Below are positions 9,988 through 20,181 of a stretch of DNA of 64,000 bases, one piece after another. The stretch covers positions 1,860,001 to 1,924,000 of the forward strand of contig OX337231.1 of assembly GCA_946965045.2 (NCBI GenBank), in the 5' to 3' direction. The notes under the pieces were generated by a model that made no database searches, had not been told where the DNA came from, and saw only the letters and a list, made by a program, of their open reading frames with translations. A program made the position numbers and the translations under genes. Each line of letters starts with the position of its first letter. Position 1 is the first letter of the stretch. The stretch comes from Epithemia pelagica (Eukaryota; Protista; Bacillariophyta).

Positions 9988-11096
9988 GTGTTATCAATCG
10001 TTCCCATTCAAGCCTTCCCGACGAATTGACCGACATCATAAAGACTGTTTGGAAATCGAAGAACTCTTCTACCTTCTTTGAGTCTTTTGTCGCTGAAGTA
10101 TTTGATCCCACCGATAACGCCTGTACTATTCTACTCGGTCAGTGCGCTGTTATCCAACGCTTGGGACTTCGTTGGAAATCTGAAGCCTCCCCAGGAGGCT
10201 TCAGCCCCTTTTCCTTCGACCCTTATGCTATCCCAGGCATTGACTCGTCCCACACCCTCGACAAGAACATAAGACAACAAATTCACGATGCTTCTCTCTG
10301 CCACCTGAACGAGATGAAGCAATCCAAGGAGATGCAACAACTTTATACAAACCATAATTTGTTCTTCCCTCGCACGGAAGACGAGTTCGAAAAACAACTC
10401 CGTTCCTTTTGGTCGTGCTCCAAGGGCCTTTGTGGAGCCACATCCTTCATCTCTTCCCAGATACTGAAAGTCTTGAACTTTTTCCACCAACATCGATACC
10501 TCATCATCGCGAAGATGCAAAGTTCAGGCAACGAGTTCTACTTCGGCCAAATCCTTTTTGGCGTCGACGAAGCTATCCAAGAGTTTGTGGGAACGTTGAG
10601 CAAAGCTCAGCAGATTGACGACATCGGTTTCGACGATTTGGAGAAGCGCATCAATTGGCTCCTTTTTACCATCAAGACCGGTGCTCCTCTTGGTGGCCTC
10701 CCTGCAGCCCTCCAAGCAAAATTCCAAGCACAACAATCGAAGAACAATTCCTCCAAGAAACGTTCCAACCCTTCCGATGATTCCTCCTCATCCAAGAAGC
10801 AAAATCAATCATTGTCCGGCACTTCGATCCCCAAGACCGCTACCACATTCGACATTCCCTCCAACTGGAAGATTCCCAAAGGAAAAGCGTACGCCAAGAT
10901 CTTCAAGCCATCGGTGATAGCCAACATTCCTTCGATCGAAAAAGACGGAGAACAGATTCCCTTCTGCAACGTCCTCTTCTCAAAAGGGTGGTGCCGAAAA
11001 GGAAAGAAATGTGGCTACTGCCATGATGACCCGGCCAAACACGACAAGAAAACCGCCATGGACGAGTATTTCAAGTCGGCTTATGAGACAGCCTGA
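9954..11096 (+). CDS. YR-2 ORF1b (gag-like, C-terminal CCCH zinc finger)
   Basis: 380 aa; C-x8-C-x5-C-x3-H (CNVLFSKGWCRKGKKCGYCH) at about 10965-11024. Confidence 0.8.
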   Translation: MPLHAQKHLRLSVINRSHSSLPDELTDIIKTVWKSKNSSTFFESFVAEVFDPTDNACTILLGQCAVIQRLGLRWKSEASPGGFSPFSFDPYAIPGIDSSHTLDKNIRQQIHDASLCHLNEMKQSKEMQQLYTNHNLFFPRTEDEFEKQLRSFWSCSKGLCGATSFISSQILKVLNFFHQHRYLIIAKMQSSGNEFYFGQILFGVDEAIQEFVGTLSKAQQIDDIGFDDLEKRINWLLFTIKTGAPLGGLPAALQAKFQAQQSKNNSSKKRSNPSDDSSSSKKQNQSLSGTSIPKTATTFDIPSNWKIPKGKAYAKIFKPSVIANIPSIEKDGEQIPFCNVLFSKGWCRKGKKCGYCHDDPAKHDKKTAMDEYFKSAYETA

Positions 11097-11108
11097 CATG
11101 ATACCGGG

Positions 11109-14100
11109 TTGATTGTTCCGTCTTCCTCTTCCCCTATCACCACACCTTCATGCGACTCTCAACCCACTAGATCTAATACATTAGTTGTCGAGTCTTCCAC
11201 CTCTTCGAAGTCCTCGACTCCAGCATCCATCGACGTCATCAGACCATCCTTCCTCCCACCCATCGCACCATCCTCCTCATCCATCATGCCAGCCATTCCG
11301 TCAACAGCGAATCCGTTCTTCACCGAACACCCCTCCAATCAGTACTCCAGGAATCCAGGATCCATTCGGAAATCTATTGCACCCGCAATCAAGATTTCAG
11401 TCCCACCAAGAAACACTCATCACGACACAAAATTTTCCCAACGTCGATCCCCCACGGACCCATCGACACCCTCACATAAAGACTCTTCCCCATCCACGAC
11501 TGCGCAGGGCGAGCAACTCGTCCTCCCAAGACCCCCAAGTCCCCCAAAACTGGCCTCACATAATGACAGATCTCTTCCAGGAAGTGAAACTGCTATTATC
11601 GGCTCAGATTTCTCCGGCCAACCCCTAGCTCGAAACGTCAGACGTCTCGAACAAGCACATCGCGCCGACAAACAACTATTAGGTGAGTTACAAGTTCTAC
11701 CGTTCCAGTCTCCTTCCCAGCCGTTCTCCAAGCTCTACCTTCCAAATGACGTATCCAAGATCTTCCCCACAAGACTACGCCCACCTCCACTCCATCCAGT
11801 GACCCATCCCATCGAGCTATCCCTTCTCCAAGCCATAAGTGATCGCGAAGAGCTTACACCCATGCCTTCCCCATTCCGTCACAGCATCGATCCCGAAGAC
11901 GTCATCCACAATGCTGAGTTCAACTCCAGGTTGATTGCCGAATATGACATGGACATGCAAAAATTATTCGACCATCATCCGAACAACATCATCACACCAG
12001 GATCCGAATTTCGTCCAGCGGAGATTCTTCAACCACTCTTAGAAGGACACCCTTACTGGCCTCGACTCCATCGCCTGCTCACACACGGCGTCGCCTATCC
12101 ACTCAAGGCAGTCGAGTACGAACCCGCCAGAAGAGCTGAAAATGACGCCATACTCATGTATGGCAATCATGCATCCGGCAAGAAACACCCGGAGGCCCTC
12201 TCCAAAGTGCTCAAAAAGGATGCCGCAAATGGATTCTCCTTGCCAATCACATTTGATTGTGCGCGCAACATAAAACACAGCCGAATCAGCCCCATGGGTG
12301 TAGCACAACAATTCGGTATAGACGCTCACGGCGACCTAGTCCCCAAGGACAGACTTACCCACGACCAGTCGTTTTCCTTGGGCCATTGCCCATCTACCAA
12401 CGAGTTGATTGATCAATCCCAGTTGATCGACCTCGTTATGGGCCATTGCCTCGATCGAATCATTCACCAAATTGTTGCATTGCGATGGCACTTCCCCACG
12501 GACCGAATTTTGATCAGTAAATTTGACTGGTCATCCGCCTACCGCAGAATACACGGCGACGGCGACGTCGCCGCCCGCAACATCACGATCGACCCATCCA
12601 ACGAGTTCGCGCACTTGAACCTCCGGCTCACCTTCGGCGCCGCCGCAAATCCAGCCGAATTTTCGATCATCTCTGAAATCAGCACCGATCTCTGCAATGA
12701 CCTCGCAGATTTCACCGACTGGACCCCAGCACATTGTGAATCACCTCTGCAAGCCGGCGTTGGCCCACCAGAGTACATCGACTCCGATGACGATCCAGCC
12801 CCAGCACACGAACTTGCCGTCGCCGTACCCCCACGTCCCCACGGATTTCATGACTCCTATTTGGATGACATGATACAACTCTTTTTGGCCACCCCAGCAA
12901 ACATCCAACGATGTCCCTCCATCGTACCGTTGATTGTTCATGTGATGACAAGGCCAGTCGCTCCAGACGAACCCATCCGCCGAAAAGACATGCTCGAAGC
13001 CGACAAATTGACTGCCGAGGGCGCTCCAGCAGAATTGCAACGTGTGTTAGGATGGATGGTCGACACACGTCGACTTCTCCTCAGTCTGCCATCCGAAAAG
13101 AAGATTGCATGGACCAAGGAAGTCAACCACCTCCTCAAGACCCGACGAACAACCTTCGACGCCTTGCGCAGCCTCGTCGGCAAGCTACAACACTCCATCA
13201 AGGGCATCCCCCTGGCCGGGTTTTGGTTGTCGCGTCTCCGAGAGTATCAAATATTTCTCGAACGTTCTTTCCAACAGAAACAAGCCAAACGACGAAAACT
13301 CGATGAGACCAATGACGACACCAACACAACGGACTCCCGTCCTCATCCTCCCACTCGAAACACTCCCCCTCCGTTCTACCGATACACCATTCCGGAATCC
13401 CTCATTCCAGACCTCCAAATGTGGCCATCCCTTTTGGCACATTCCAACGAAGGTGTCTCCCTCAACCGACTGGTTTGTCGCGTACCAACACATTTGTTCC
13501 ACGCAGACGCATGCCCTGAAGGGATGGGCGGTTACTCTGTGCGGTCGGGCCGAGCTTGGCGCTGCCAACTGGACACCACGAAACTTGATGAACTGAAGAA
13601 CATCGCGGATTGCGACCCTCATCGATCGAACAATCTCTTCGAATTCATCGCCATTGTTGTTTCCATCTGGGTGGATTGCTGGTTTGGAGAAGTGACTGCC
13701 GATGACGCCGTCCTTGCCCTGTCAGACAACTCCTCTGCTGTCGGATGGATGCACAAGACATCCTTCGGTTCCGACAAACCACTCCACGTAAAAGTAGCAG
13801 AAAAACTAACTCGACTTGTTCTCGATCGAAAATTCGCCCTCCAATCCGAGCACATCCCTGGCAAACAGAACGATGTGTCAGATTTGTTATCTCGTGCATG
13901 GCATCTCGACGACAGCGAACTCACCTTATTTTTGCATGAACACTTTTCGCCGCAGATTCCAAGGAATTTTCACATCAGACCCCTTCCCAGCGAAATTTCA
14001 TGTTGGATCTGCTCAATCGTGCCAGTGTTTCACGAATCTTCTACGGCAAGACCGAAGGATCTCATCAGAAACGCGACCAATGCTGGAAACGGTGGACAGG

Positions 14101-14414
14101 CCACCTTGAACGCATTGGATTCAACAGCGACCCCTTCCTCGACTCCCTCCCAGCGACCAACCACAAAATCGCCATCGCATGTTCCTTCCTACAACGCCTC
14201 CGCGATGCCGACTTCACGGAGAACCGTGACAGCTCGAACCCTCTTCGAGCGAGCACTATTACGCAAGCCATTGGAGACTTGGCATCGAGCTTCCGGCATC
14301 ACGACCGGCCGAGCCCCTGCCACAGTCAAGACGGGCGCCTACACCCACTCGTCTCCTCCCTCAAGCGCGCGTGGGAGAATCTCGACCCTCCCGAAAAACG
14401 AGAAAAAGCTATAA
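11109..14414 (+). CDS. YR-2 reverse transcriptase + RNase H
   Basis: 1101 aa; KFDWSSAYRR, LTFG, SYLDD; RNase H motifs ADACPEGMGG, NLFEF, SDNSSAV, DLLSR. Confidence 0.93.
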   Translation: MIVPSSSSPITTPSCDSQPTRSNTLVVESSTSSKSSTPASIDVIRPSFLPPIAPSSSSIMPAIPSTANPFFTEHPSNQYSRNPGSIRKSIAPAIKISVPPRNTHHDTKFSQRRSPTDPSTPSHKDSSPSTTAQGEQLVLPRPPSPPKLASHNDRSLPGSETAIIGSDFSGQPLARNVRRLEQAHRADKQLLGELQVLPFQSPSQPFSKLYLPNDVSKIFPTRLRPPPLHPVTHPIELSLLQAISDREELTPMPSPFRHSIDPEDVIHNAEFNSRLIAEYDMDMQKLFDHHPNNIITPGSEFRPAEILQPLLEGHPYWPRLHRLLTHGVAYPLKAVEYEPARRAENDAILMYGNHASGKKHPEALSKVLKKDAANGFSLPITFDCARNIKHSRISPMGVAQQFGIDAHGDLVPKDRLTHDQSFSLGHCPSTNELIDQSQLIDLVMGHCLDRIIHQIVALRWHFPTDRILISKFDWSSAYRRIHGDGDVAARNITIDPSNEFAHLNLRLTFGAAANPAEFSIISEISTDLCNDLADFTDWTPAHCESPLQAGVGPPEYIDSDDDPAPAHELAVAVPPRPHGFHDSYLDDMIQLFLATPANIQRCPSIVPLIVHVMTRPVAPDEPIRRKDMLEADKLTAEGAPAELQRVLGWMVDTRRLLLSLPSEKKIAWTKEVNHLLKTRRTTFDALRSLVGKLQHSIKGIPLAGFWLSRLREYQIFLERSFQQKQAKRRKLDETNDDTNTTDSRPHPPTRNTPPPFYRYTIPESLIPDLQMWPSLLAHSNEGVSLNRLVCRVPTHLFHADACPEGMGGYSVRSGRAWRCQLDTTKLDELKNIADCDPHRSNNLFEFIAIVVSIWVDCWFGEVTADDAVLALSDNSSAVGWMHKTSFGSDKPLHVKVAEKLTRLVLDRKFALQSEHIPGKQNDVSDLLSRAWHLDDSELTLFLHEHFSPQIPRNFHIRPLPSEISCWICSIVPVFHESSTARPKDLIRNATNAGNGGQATLNALDSTATPSSTPSQRPTTKSPSHVPSYNASAMPTSRRTVTARTLFERALLRKPLETWHRASGITTGRAPATVKTGAYTHSSPPSSARGRISTLPKNEKKL

Positions 14415-15370
14415 CAATCAAGCATCTACGTTTTATGTGGACTTTATGCTGTCGTCCCAAGCGCAAGACCGACTCCACCACCATCATTCGCATCGAATTC
14501 AATGTTGTCTCCTTCAACGCATGCACCGCCGATCTCACTTGCTGCGCCTACTTCTTCGGCTGTCGCAGCTGCGAGTATGTGACGGTCCCCTCTCGAGGGA
14601 AAACCAAATTACTCACCATTGGTGACATCGTCTTCACCACGATGAACAAAAACCACACCATCCCAGCCAACCACCCCCAATTCCAAGAACTCGCACGATT
14701 TGTCTCCATCACATTCGTCGAACAGAAAAATAATCATAAAGCAGAAACCCGCACCCAAAGCCGCACCAACGATCCCCTCTTCGACCCCGTCCTCCTCTGG
14801 GGACGCGTCGTCCGAAGGATCCTCCACTACCGCCCGACCGCCCCACCAACGACACCGGTTAATTGTTGGTTCGATCCAGAAAACCCACAGAAGAAACCAC
14901 GATTCATCCGTCAAGAAGACGTCCGCGATCTACTCCGATTAACTTGCACACAAGGGGGAGGAAAACCAGCTTTCGGCTACGGAGCCATGGACATCGGCAC
15001 TCATTCCATCCGCTCTGGTGCCGCCATGGCACTCTTCTTGGCAGACTGCTCGGTCACCAAGATCATGATACTTGGACGATGGAGTTCAACTGCCTTTATG
15101 AAATACATTCGTCCACAGGTCCTCGAATGGACCACGGGCATGGCACAGCTCATGCTGACCACCCAAGACTTCCGCCACATGGATCACACAACCGCCCAGT
15201 CGAGAACGGAATCGTTGGAACGACTTCGGAACCGCCTTGACAACATCCTTGAACCAGCTCTTCAAACAAACACAGAAACGGCGATGGAATCGCCGGAAGA
15301 AAACCTCTTTAACCACAATGGCCAGGGACTCATCAACCAGTTCCCCAACATATCATTCCTCGACTTCTAA
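14000..15370 (+). CDS. YR-2 tyrosine recombinase (intact)
   Basis: 456 aa overlapping pol by 415 bp; FFGCRSCEY, EQKN, GTHSIRSG, LGRWSS...KYIR give a full catalytic set. Confidence 0.93.
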   Translation: MLDLLNRASVSRIFYGKTEGSHQKRDQCWKRWTGHLERIGFNSDPFLDSLPATNHKIAIACSFLQRLRDADFTENRDSSNPLRASTITQAIGDLASSFRHHDRPSPCHSQDGRLHPLVSSLKRAWENLDPPEKREKAITIKHLRFMWTLCCRPKRKTDSTTIIRIEFNVVSFNACTADLTCCAYFFGCRSCEYVTVPSRGKTKLLTIGDIVFTTMNKNHTIPANHPQFQELARFVSITFVEQKNNHKAETRTQSRTNDPLFDPVLLWGRVVRRILHYRPTAPPTTPVNCWFDPENPQKKPRFIRQEDVRDLLRLTCTQGGGKPAFGYGAMDIGTHSIRSGAAMALFLADCSVTKIMILGRWSSTAFMKYIRPQVLEWTTGMAQLMLTTQDFRHMDHTTAQSRTESLERLRNRLDNILEPALQTNTETAMESPEENLFNHNGQGLINQFPNISFLDF

Positions 15371-15420
15371 TAGAAGTCGCTCCATAACATGTCAGTCAAC
15401 CGATTAATGGACAATGGTAT

Positions 15421-15580
15421 GGAGCCATTCTCGGTTCTGAGGCCTTCGGCAAAACTGTGTGTCTGATTGTAGTTTCATATCTTTTAGGAAACCTCAACGG
15501 ACAAAGTTTTGACTGACTTGCGATCTCTCGGACAGACTCGAAACGACACGTGCTCAGGATGTGTTCGTAGTGTCTCTTCG
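15421..15580 (+). repeat. YR-2 repeat B1 (160 bp)
   Basis: Identical by eye to 15859-16018. Confidence 0.95.
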
Positions 15581-15831
15581 TTGTCTGTACTGATGTGGAG
15601 TGACGTGGCCGATGCTGGCCAGACTCCTGCGACCGACATCAGAGGTGCGACTGCTCCGCCTCCTCGTCGCGAGGCGAGCATCCGATTTCGTTCCCCTCGG
15701 TTCTACGATTTGGATGACTCTTGATGCAGAGTCGTCGGAGCGTGAGAAGAGCTCACTCTTCTCGGGTTCAGCATCTTTGCAAGCAACGTTACGAGACGAG
15801 TACACAGGCAATCGCAAGATCCTAGTTAGCT
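15581..15831 (+). repeat. YR-2 repeat A2 (251 bp)
   Basis: Identical by eye to 8422-8672; directly abuts B1. Confidence 0.95.
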
Positions 15832-15858
15832 AATTTAAAAATTTCCCCTACCCCGCCC

Positions 15859-16018
15859 GGAGCCATTCTCGGTTCTGAGGCCTTCGGCAAAACTGTGTGT
15901 CTGATTGTAGTTTCATATCTTTTAGGAAACCTCAACGGACAAAGTTTTGACTGACTTGCGATCTCTCGGACAGACTCGAAACGACACGTGCTCAGGATGT
16001 GTTCGTAGTGTCTCTTCG
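15859..16018 (+). repeat. YR-2 repeat B2 (160 bp)
   Basis: Identical by eye to 15421-15580; preceded by a unique 27-bp spacer. Confidence 0.95.
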
Positions 16019-16214
16019 ATCTAAGCACACAAGGATATGTTTCAATGCGCAAAGATTACTAAGATACGCGTCCAATCTACTTGTCCTAATGACCCCGAAA
16101 GGAGTAACGGATTGTCGGTGCTTCAACGCAGCACTATTTATGGTCGGGAATCCTTTGACCAGGCATAGCACTTCCAATAACGACCTTCTGGAATGATAGC
16201 CGTATGGACCGATT

Positions 16215-18191
16215 TTAAAGTCTCGTAATGTCACGACCAAACCACATTCGCCTTGCCCAATCATTCAGTACCAACAACCGGTTTCTCCACGATACCTGCT
16301 TGCTCAAGTATACACTTCGCCACAAAAAGTTGCCAATTTTCCCAGTGGATTTGATGGGAGCATTCGGTGCAGGGGTGACTTGTGCCAAGGCTGTGGAACC
16401 TCCCGTGTAGGCAAGAATACCAAGGTTCAGAAATTGAAACGGTTTCGCATACTCGAACGAGTTGGTCGCGAGACCAGCTATTGAATCTGAAAGAGAGGTC
16501 TTTGTCAAAGACGGATCTCTAACTGGAGGAAGAAAGACACCTTCCTTCAATGGAGGACTCAAATCAAACTTCTTATTCATCAAGCTGGCCAAATATTCGC
16601 CTTGTTGAGAGGCGACCTGGGCCGTTGCCGGAAGCGCTCCTTTGACGATGCAAGAGCAATCTCCAAAGGCGAGAATATCTCCTTCTCCACCAAGAGCTCT
16701 TAGCCAGGGATCAATGGCTATCCGACCACGAGCCGTTTGCTGCTGGTCGGCCTGCTGATTTCCGAGGGATTCAATCAACTGCAGAGTGATGGAAAGTGGT
16801 CCATTTCCGGCGGCCCATACAGCCATTCCGTATGGAAGCACCCTGCCCTCATTGAGGACAATGGTCTTATCCGTGACTTCCTTTACTGCAGTTTCCAAAA
16901 TTAGCTCCGTCATTTCAAAGCCGTCTGGTAGAAGCGCTACCGCTTCAGGGTCTCTCATCCGAGGTGCCTCTTTGATTCGATTGATGGCATCTTCCTGAAG
17001 TGATTTGTCAAAAGGGGCTAGGACAGTCGCTGTGGCTTCGATGACTTTGATACGAATGAATTTCAGCAGCTGTGGATAGTATTTTGGTCCGTCTTGTTCA
17101 ATAAAATCTCTTAGTTCCGCTGCGAACTCAATTCCAGTAGGACCTGCACCTATAATCACAAACGTCAACTATATAGTCCCGACCGAAAACAATGGCAATA
17201 TAAGTGTTTGTTCCAAGATATGCCATTCTCAACAACACTGGATACATACGTTCTCAATTCTCTCTTCGTCAGTCAGACTCGGCAGGTTGGCACGCTCAAA
17301 GCAATTGACCAACGCGGTTCTGATCCGACGAGCATCTTCAACCTGCTTCAAGAAGTTACAGTGCTCCCGAACACCGGGAATGCCAAATGTATTGGTCTGG
17401 GCACCAACCGTTACAATCAAACGATCATATTGGACAGAAAACTCTTCGATTTCACACGAGTTTCCTCCACAAATGACCGATTCGCAGGTGACTGTCTTGC
17501 TTTCTGGGTCCACATTCGTTGCTGTTGCTTCGAGAAATTTGGACTTTGGATTAATTTTCCGAATCGGCTCGGTGATAGATCGGAACTCAACCGTGCCAAC
17601 ACTAGCACCCGCCAGCATGGGTGTAAACACAAAGTAATTCCTGGGACTGATCACGGTAACATCATACAAGTCCGTGTCAATATCCTTGACAAAAGAAGCA
17701 GCGCCCCAACCAGTTCCCAAAATGACCAAACGCTCCTTGACAGCAGTGTCGCCATTCGTTGTCGATTCCGAGGGTACCGACGATTGTGGAACAAACGCTT
17801 TGGCAAAGCCTGCAAAGGTTGATTCGGCGATTTCAGCAGCCTTTTCCGCCATGAAAAGGGGATAAGCTCGCGGTTCCGAAAGCTTCTCCAATTTTGAGAG
17901 CAAAGTAGAGGACTCGTTCTCTATGCCAATCTCTCCTTCTGCCAAGGTGGCAACAATTTCAGGATTCTCAGCATCGAGCTTTTCGAGATTCTCTCCGTCC
18001 ACGACAATGTATTTATCCTCATTGGCTTTGTTGATGTTGCGATCGGCAATTTCCTTGCGTAAAGTTGCTTCTGATTTTTCAACGTAGAGCTGTGACTTCC
18101 AGGAAGAGGACTTCAGCATGTTAATAGGCACAAAGGCTTCCACGACAACAACACATAGTAAATTGAGCAGCAGAGCTGTTGATCTCCTCAT
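16215..18191 (-). CDS. NDH2: Type II NAD(P)H dehydrogenase with predicted plastid presequence; 2 exons (intron 17169-17249)
   Basis: ILGTGWG and IIGAGPTGIEFAAEL Rossmann motifs; GT-AG intron joins RIEN to LTFVIIG; signal peptide ending VEA-FVP. Confidence 0.9.
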
Positions 18192-18986
18192 GTTATCTTC
18201 TTTCTATTATTCTTTGAAACTTCGAAAGTCTTGAGGCGGTCGAGTATTCGCTGATCAGTGAATAGGAATTGAGTTTCTTGCTTGTCTTGAACTGTCTTTT
18301 TATGAACACATGGCAACCATCAGAATGGGGATCGGTCGGTCGGGCCGATGATACAATCACAAGCAGATGAGCTTTCGCGATTTTAATTTTTCTGACGACG
18401 TCATGCTGTCGCACTCATTTTGATGTTTGTGGGGCAAATGGCATCAATCTTACATTTTTAGTATACCATTGGTGGGGTTAGACGTTTCTGCGACTGATGT
18501 GTCTCTTGTTGGCATGGGCCAGTCGCGCACATGCCGAAGTGACAATTCGTATTTGGGTGATGATGCTCCTCCATGGAACCACGTTGAAGCCTATGAATGG
18601 CCTCCTCCGAGTTTCCATTCGGACAATCTCATATCCATGCAAACTGATTAGGTACCATAGGATGAAGATTCTGATAACGATACATCCATGTGACCGCGAA
18701 CGTGCGCGGGACTTCTCATCTGCAATCCATGTAGTCCTAAATGGATAATTTTTGCGTCATTCTTGCAATGACACCCACCGAGTGCTTAGGTCCAGTCCAA
18801 TGAAGAACATACAAAGATGCAAAAGTTGAGAAATAATGAATCTGGCAGACGTGAACAAATGTGAAGAGCTGAGGATGACGGGACTCTAAAAGGTTACCTC
18901 TACAGGTAGCAAAAGATCAATGTCGCATCGAAAACTGATGCTTTCGTGCAGGAGTCGAAGCATTAAACTCAAAGAGAAGAAGCTTC

Positions 18987-19724
18987 TTACTGTCCAGGAA
19001 GGTAGCCACCTGGCAAGATGGAGACACCCAAAACTTCATGGACAACAAGGCCGAAGATACCCATTTGAGCGGCACGTCCGTTGTTCAATTCGATGGCACG
19101 CTTCTTCAACTTGGTGGCCTCGTCAAGCTTGTCCCAGCCAAAGTCAAGGGCACCGTTACGGTAGTCACCGACGAATTCAGCTTCGTTGTCAAGCCAGTCA
19201 GCATCACGGTTGACAATTTCGGCAACAGCGAAGAAGGCAACCATTTGCATCAAAACATTCATGCCGTCCTTGCTTTCGAGCAAAGCGGGGAAGGCTTTCA
19301 AACCATCCGGGATGTCTTCGGCACCAGGGAATCGGATTCCGGCGGCAGTGGTAAGGTATCCGACAACGGCCAACATGGCAACACGGCCGTGCTTGATTTC
19401 ACGTTCGCGCAAACGGTCGAACTTGACGGTGTTGCCATCGGCGACAAGGCCAAGGGGATCCCACAATCCAAGCTGTATGTAGAAAAACAAGTACAAACGG
19501 GATGATCACACAACATCATTTAATAGTCATGAGTTTCCATGGAATCTCGAAACAACTTGATTGCTCTTCAATGTCTTCTACAGTAGTTCACTTACGGGTG
19601 CTTGGGCACCGAGGGCATCGGCGAATGGCTTGTCAGCAACAGCCGTGGAAGCACGTCCCTGTTGGGGTGCGGTGAAGGCAGCGGCAGAACCAGCAACGGC
19701 GAAAAGAGCAGCAACAACCTTCAT
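18987..19724 (-). CDS. Lhcf: Fucoxanthin-chlorophyll a/c binding protein (Lhcf family); intron 19473-19595
   Basis: WDPLG, REIKHGRVAMLA, ELNNGRAAQMG; presequence AAA-FTAP. Confidence 0.95.
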
Positions 19725-20181
19725 GATCAATTTGTTTGGATAGACGAACGGTAATATAGGAATGTAGACATGTTGAATGGGATACACCTTCAACTTGGTG
19801 AAGCTGTGGTCGCGCGTGGGACGCCTATACAGTGGACACGCAAGACTTATTGTAGCTGCCCGGCGCGTCGGTCGACTTGTTCTGTATGGGCAGCGTTAAA
19901 ATGAAAAATAGAGACTGTGGTTATTTTTTTTAGCTTCCTGACGTCAAGAGTGAATAGTTCTTCATGTTCGTTCAAGTTGATCGCGAGGTCAATGATGAAA
20001 CAAAACAACTGGAGATCGAATGAATCGTCGAGTTCAGAAGAGGGATATCCATCTTCGTTGCGTTCGAGCAGAGCGTTAGTCATGTGGAGCAGTGGATCAT
20101 TGGAACAGCTTGAAAGTCATCTGCCACAGGCGACAAAAGAAGACCTAGAGAATGAGGGAATGAACAGCAACTGGCATTATA

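Larger units (their letters stand above)
8422..16018 (+). mobile_element. Complete Ngaro/PAT-type tyrosine-recombinase retrotransposon YR-2 (7597 bp)
   Basis: A1-gag-RT/RNaseH-YR-B1-A2-spacer-B2 architecture; repeat pairs identical by eye. Confidence 0.95.

Noticed and set aside
5605-16018. Direct repeats as CRISPR arrays or ordinary LTRs
   Set aside because: Repeats are 160-413 bp, occur only twice, lack TSD and PBS, and flank a YR gene, which is split-direct-repeat architecture
15421-16018. Hammerhead ribozyme in YR repeats
   Set aside because: CTGA occurs, but no CUGANGA...GAAA core with compatible stems was found by eye
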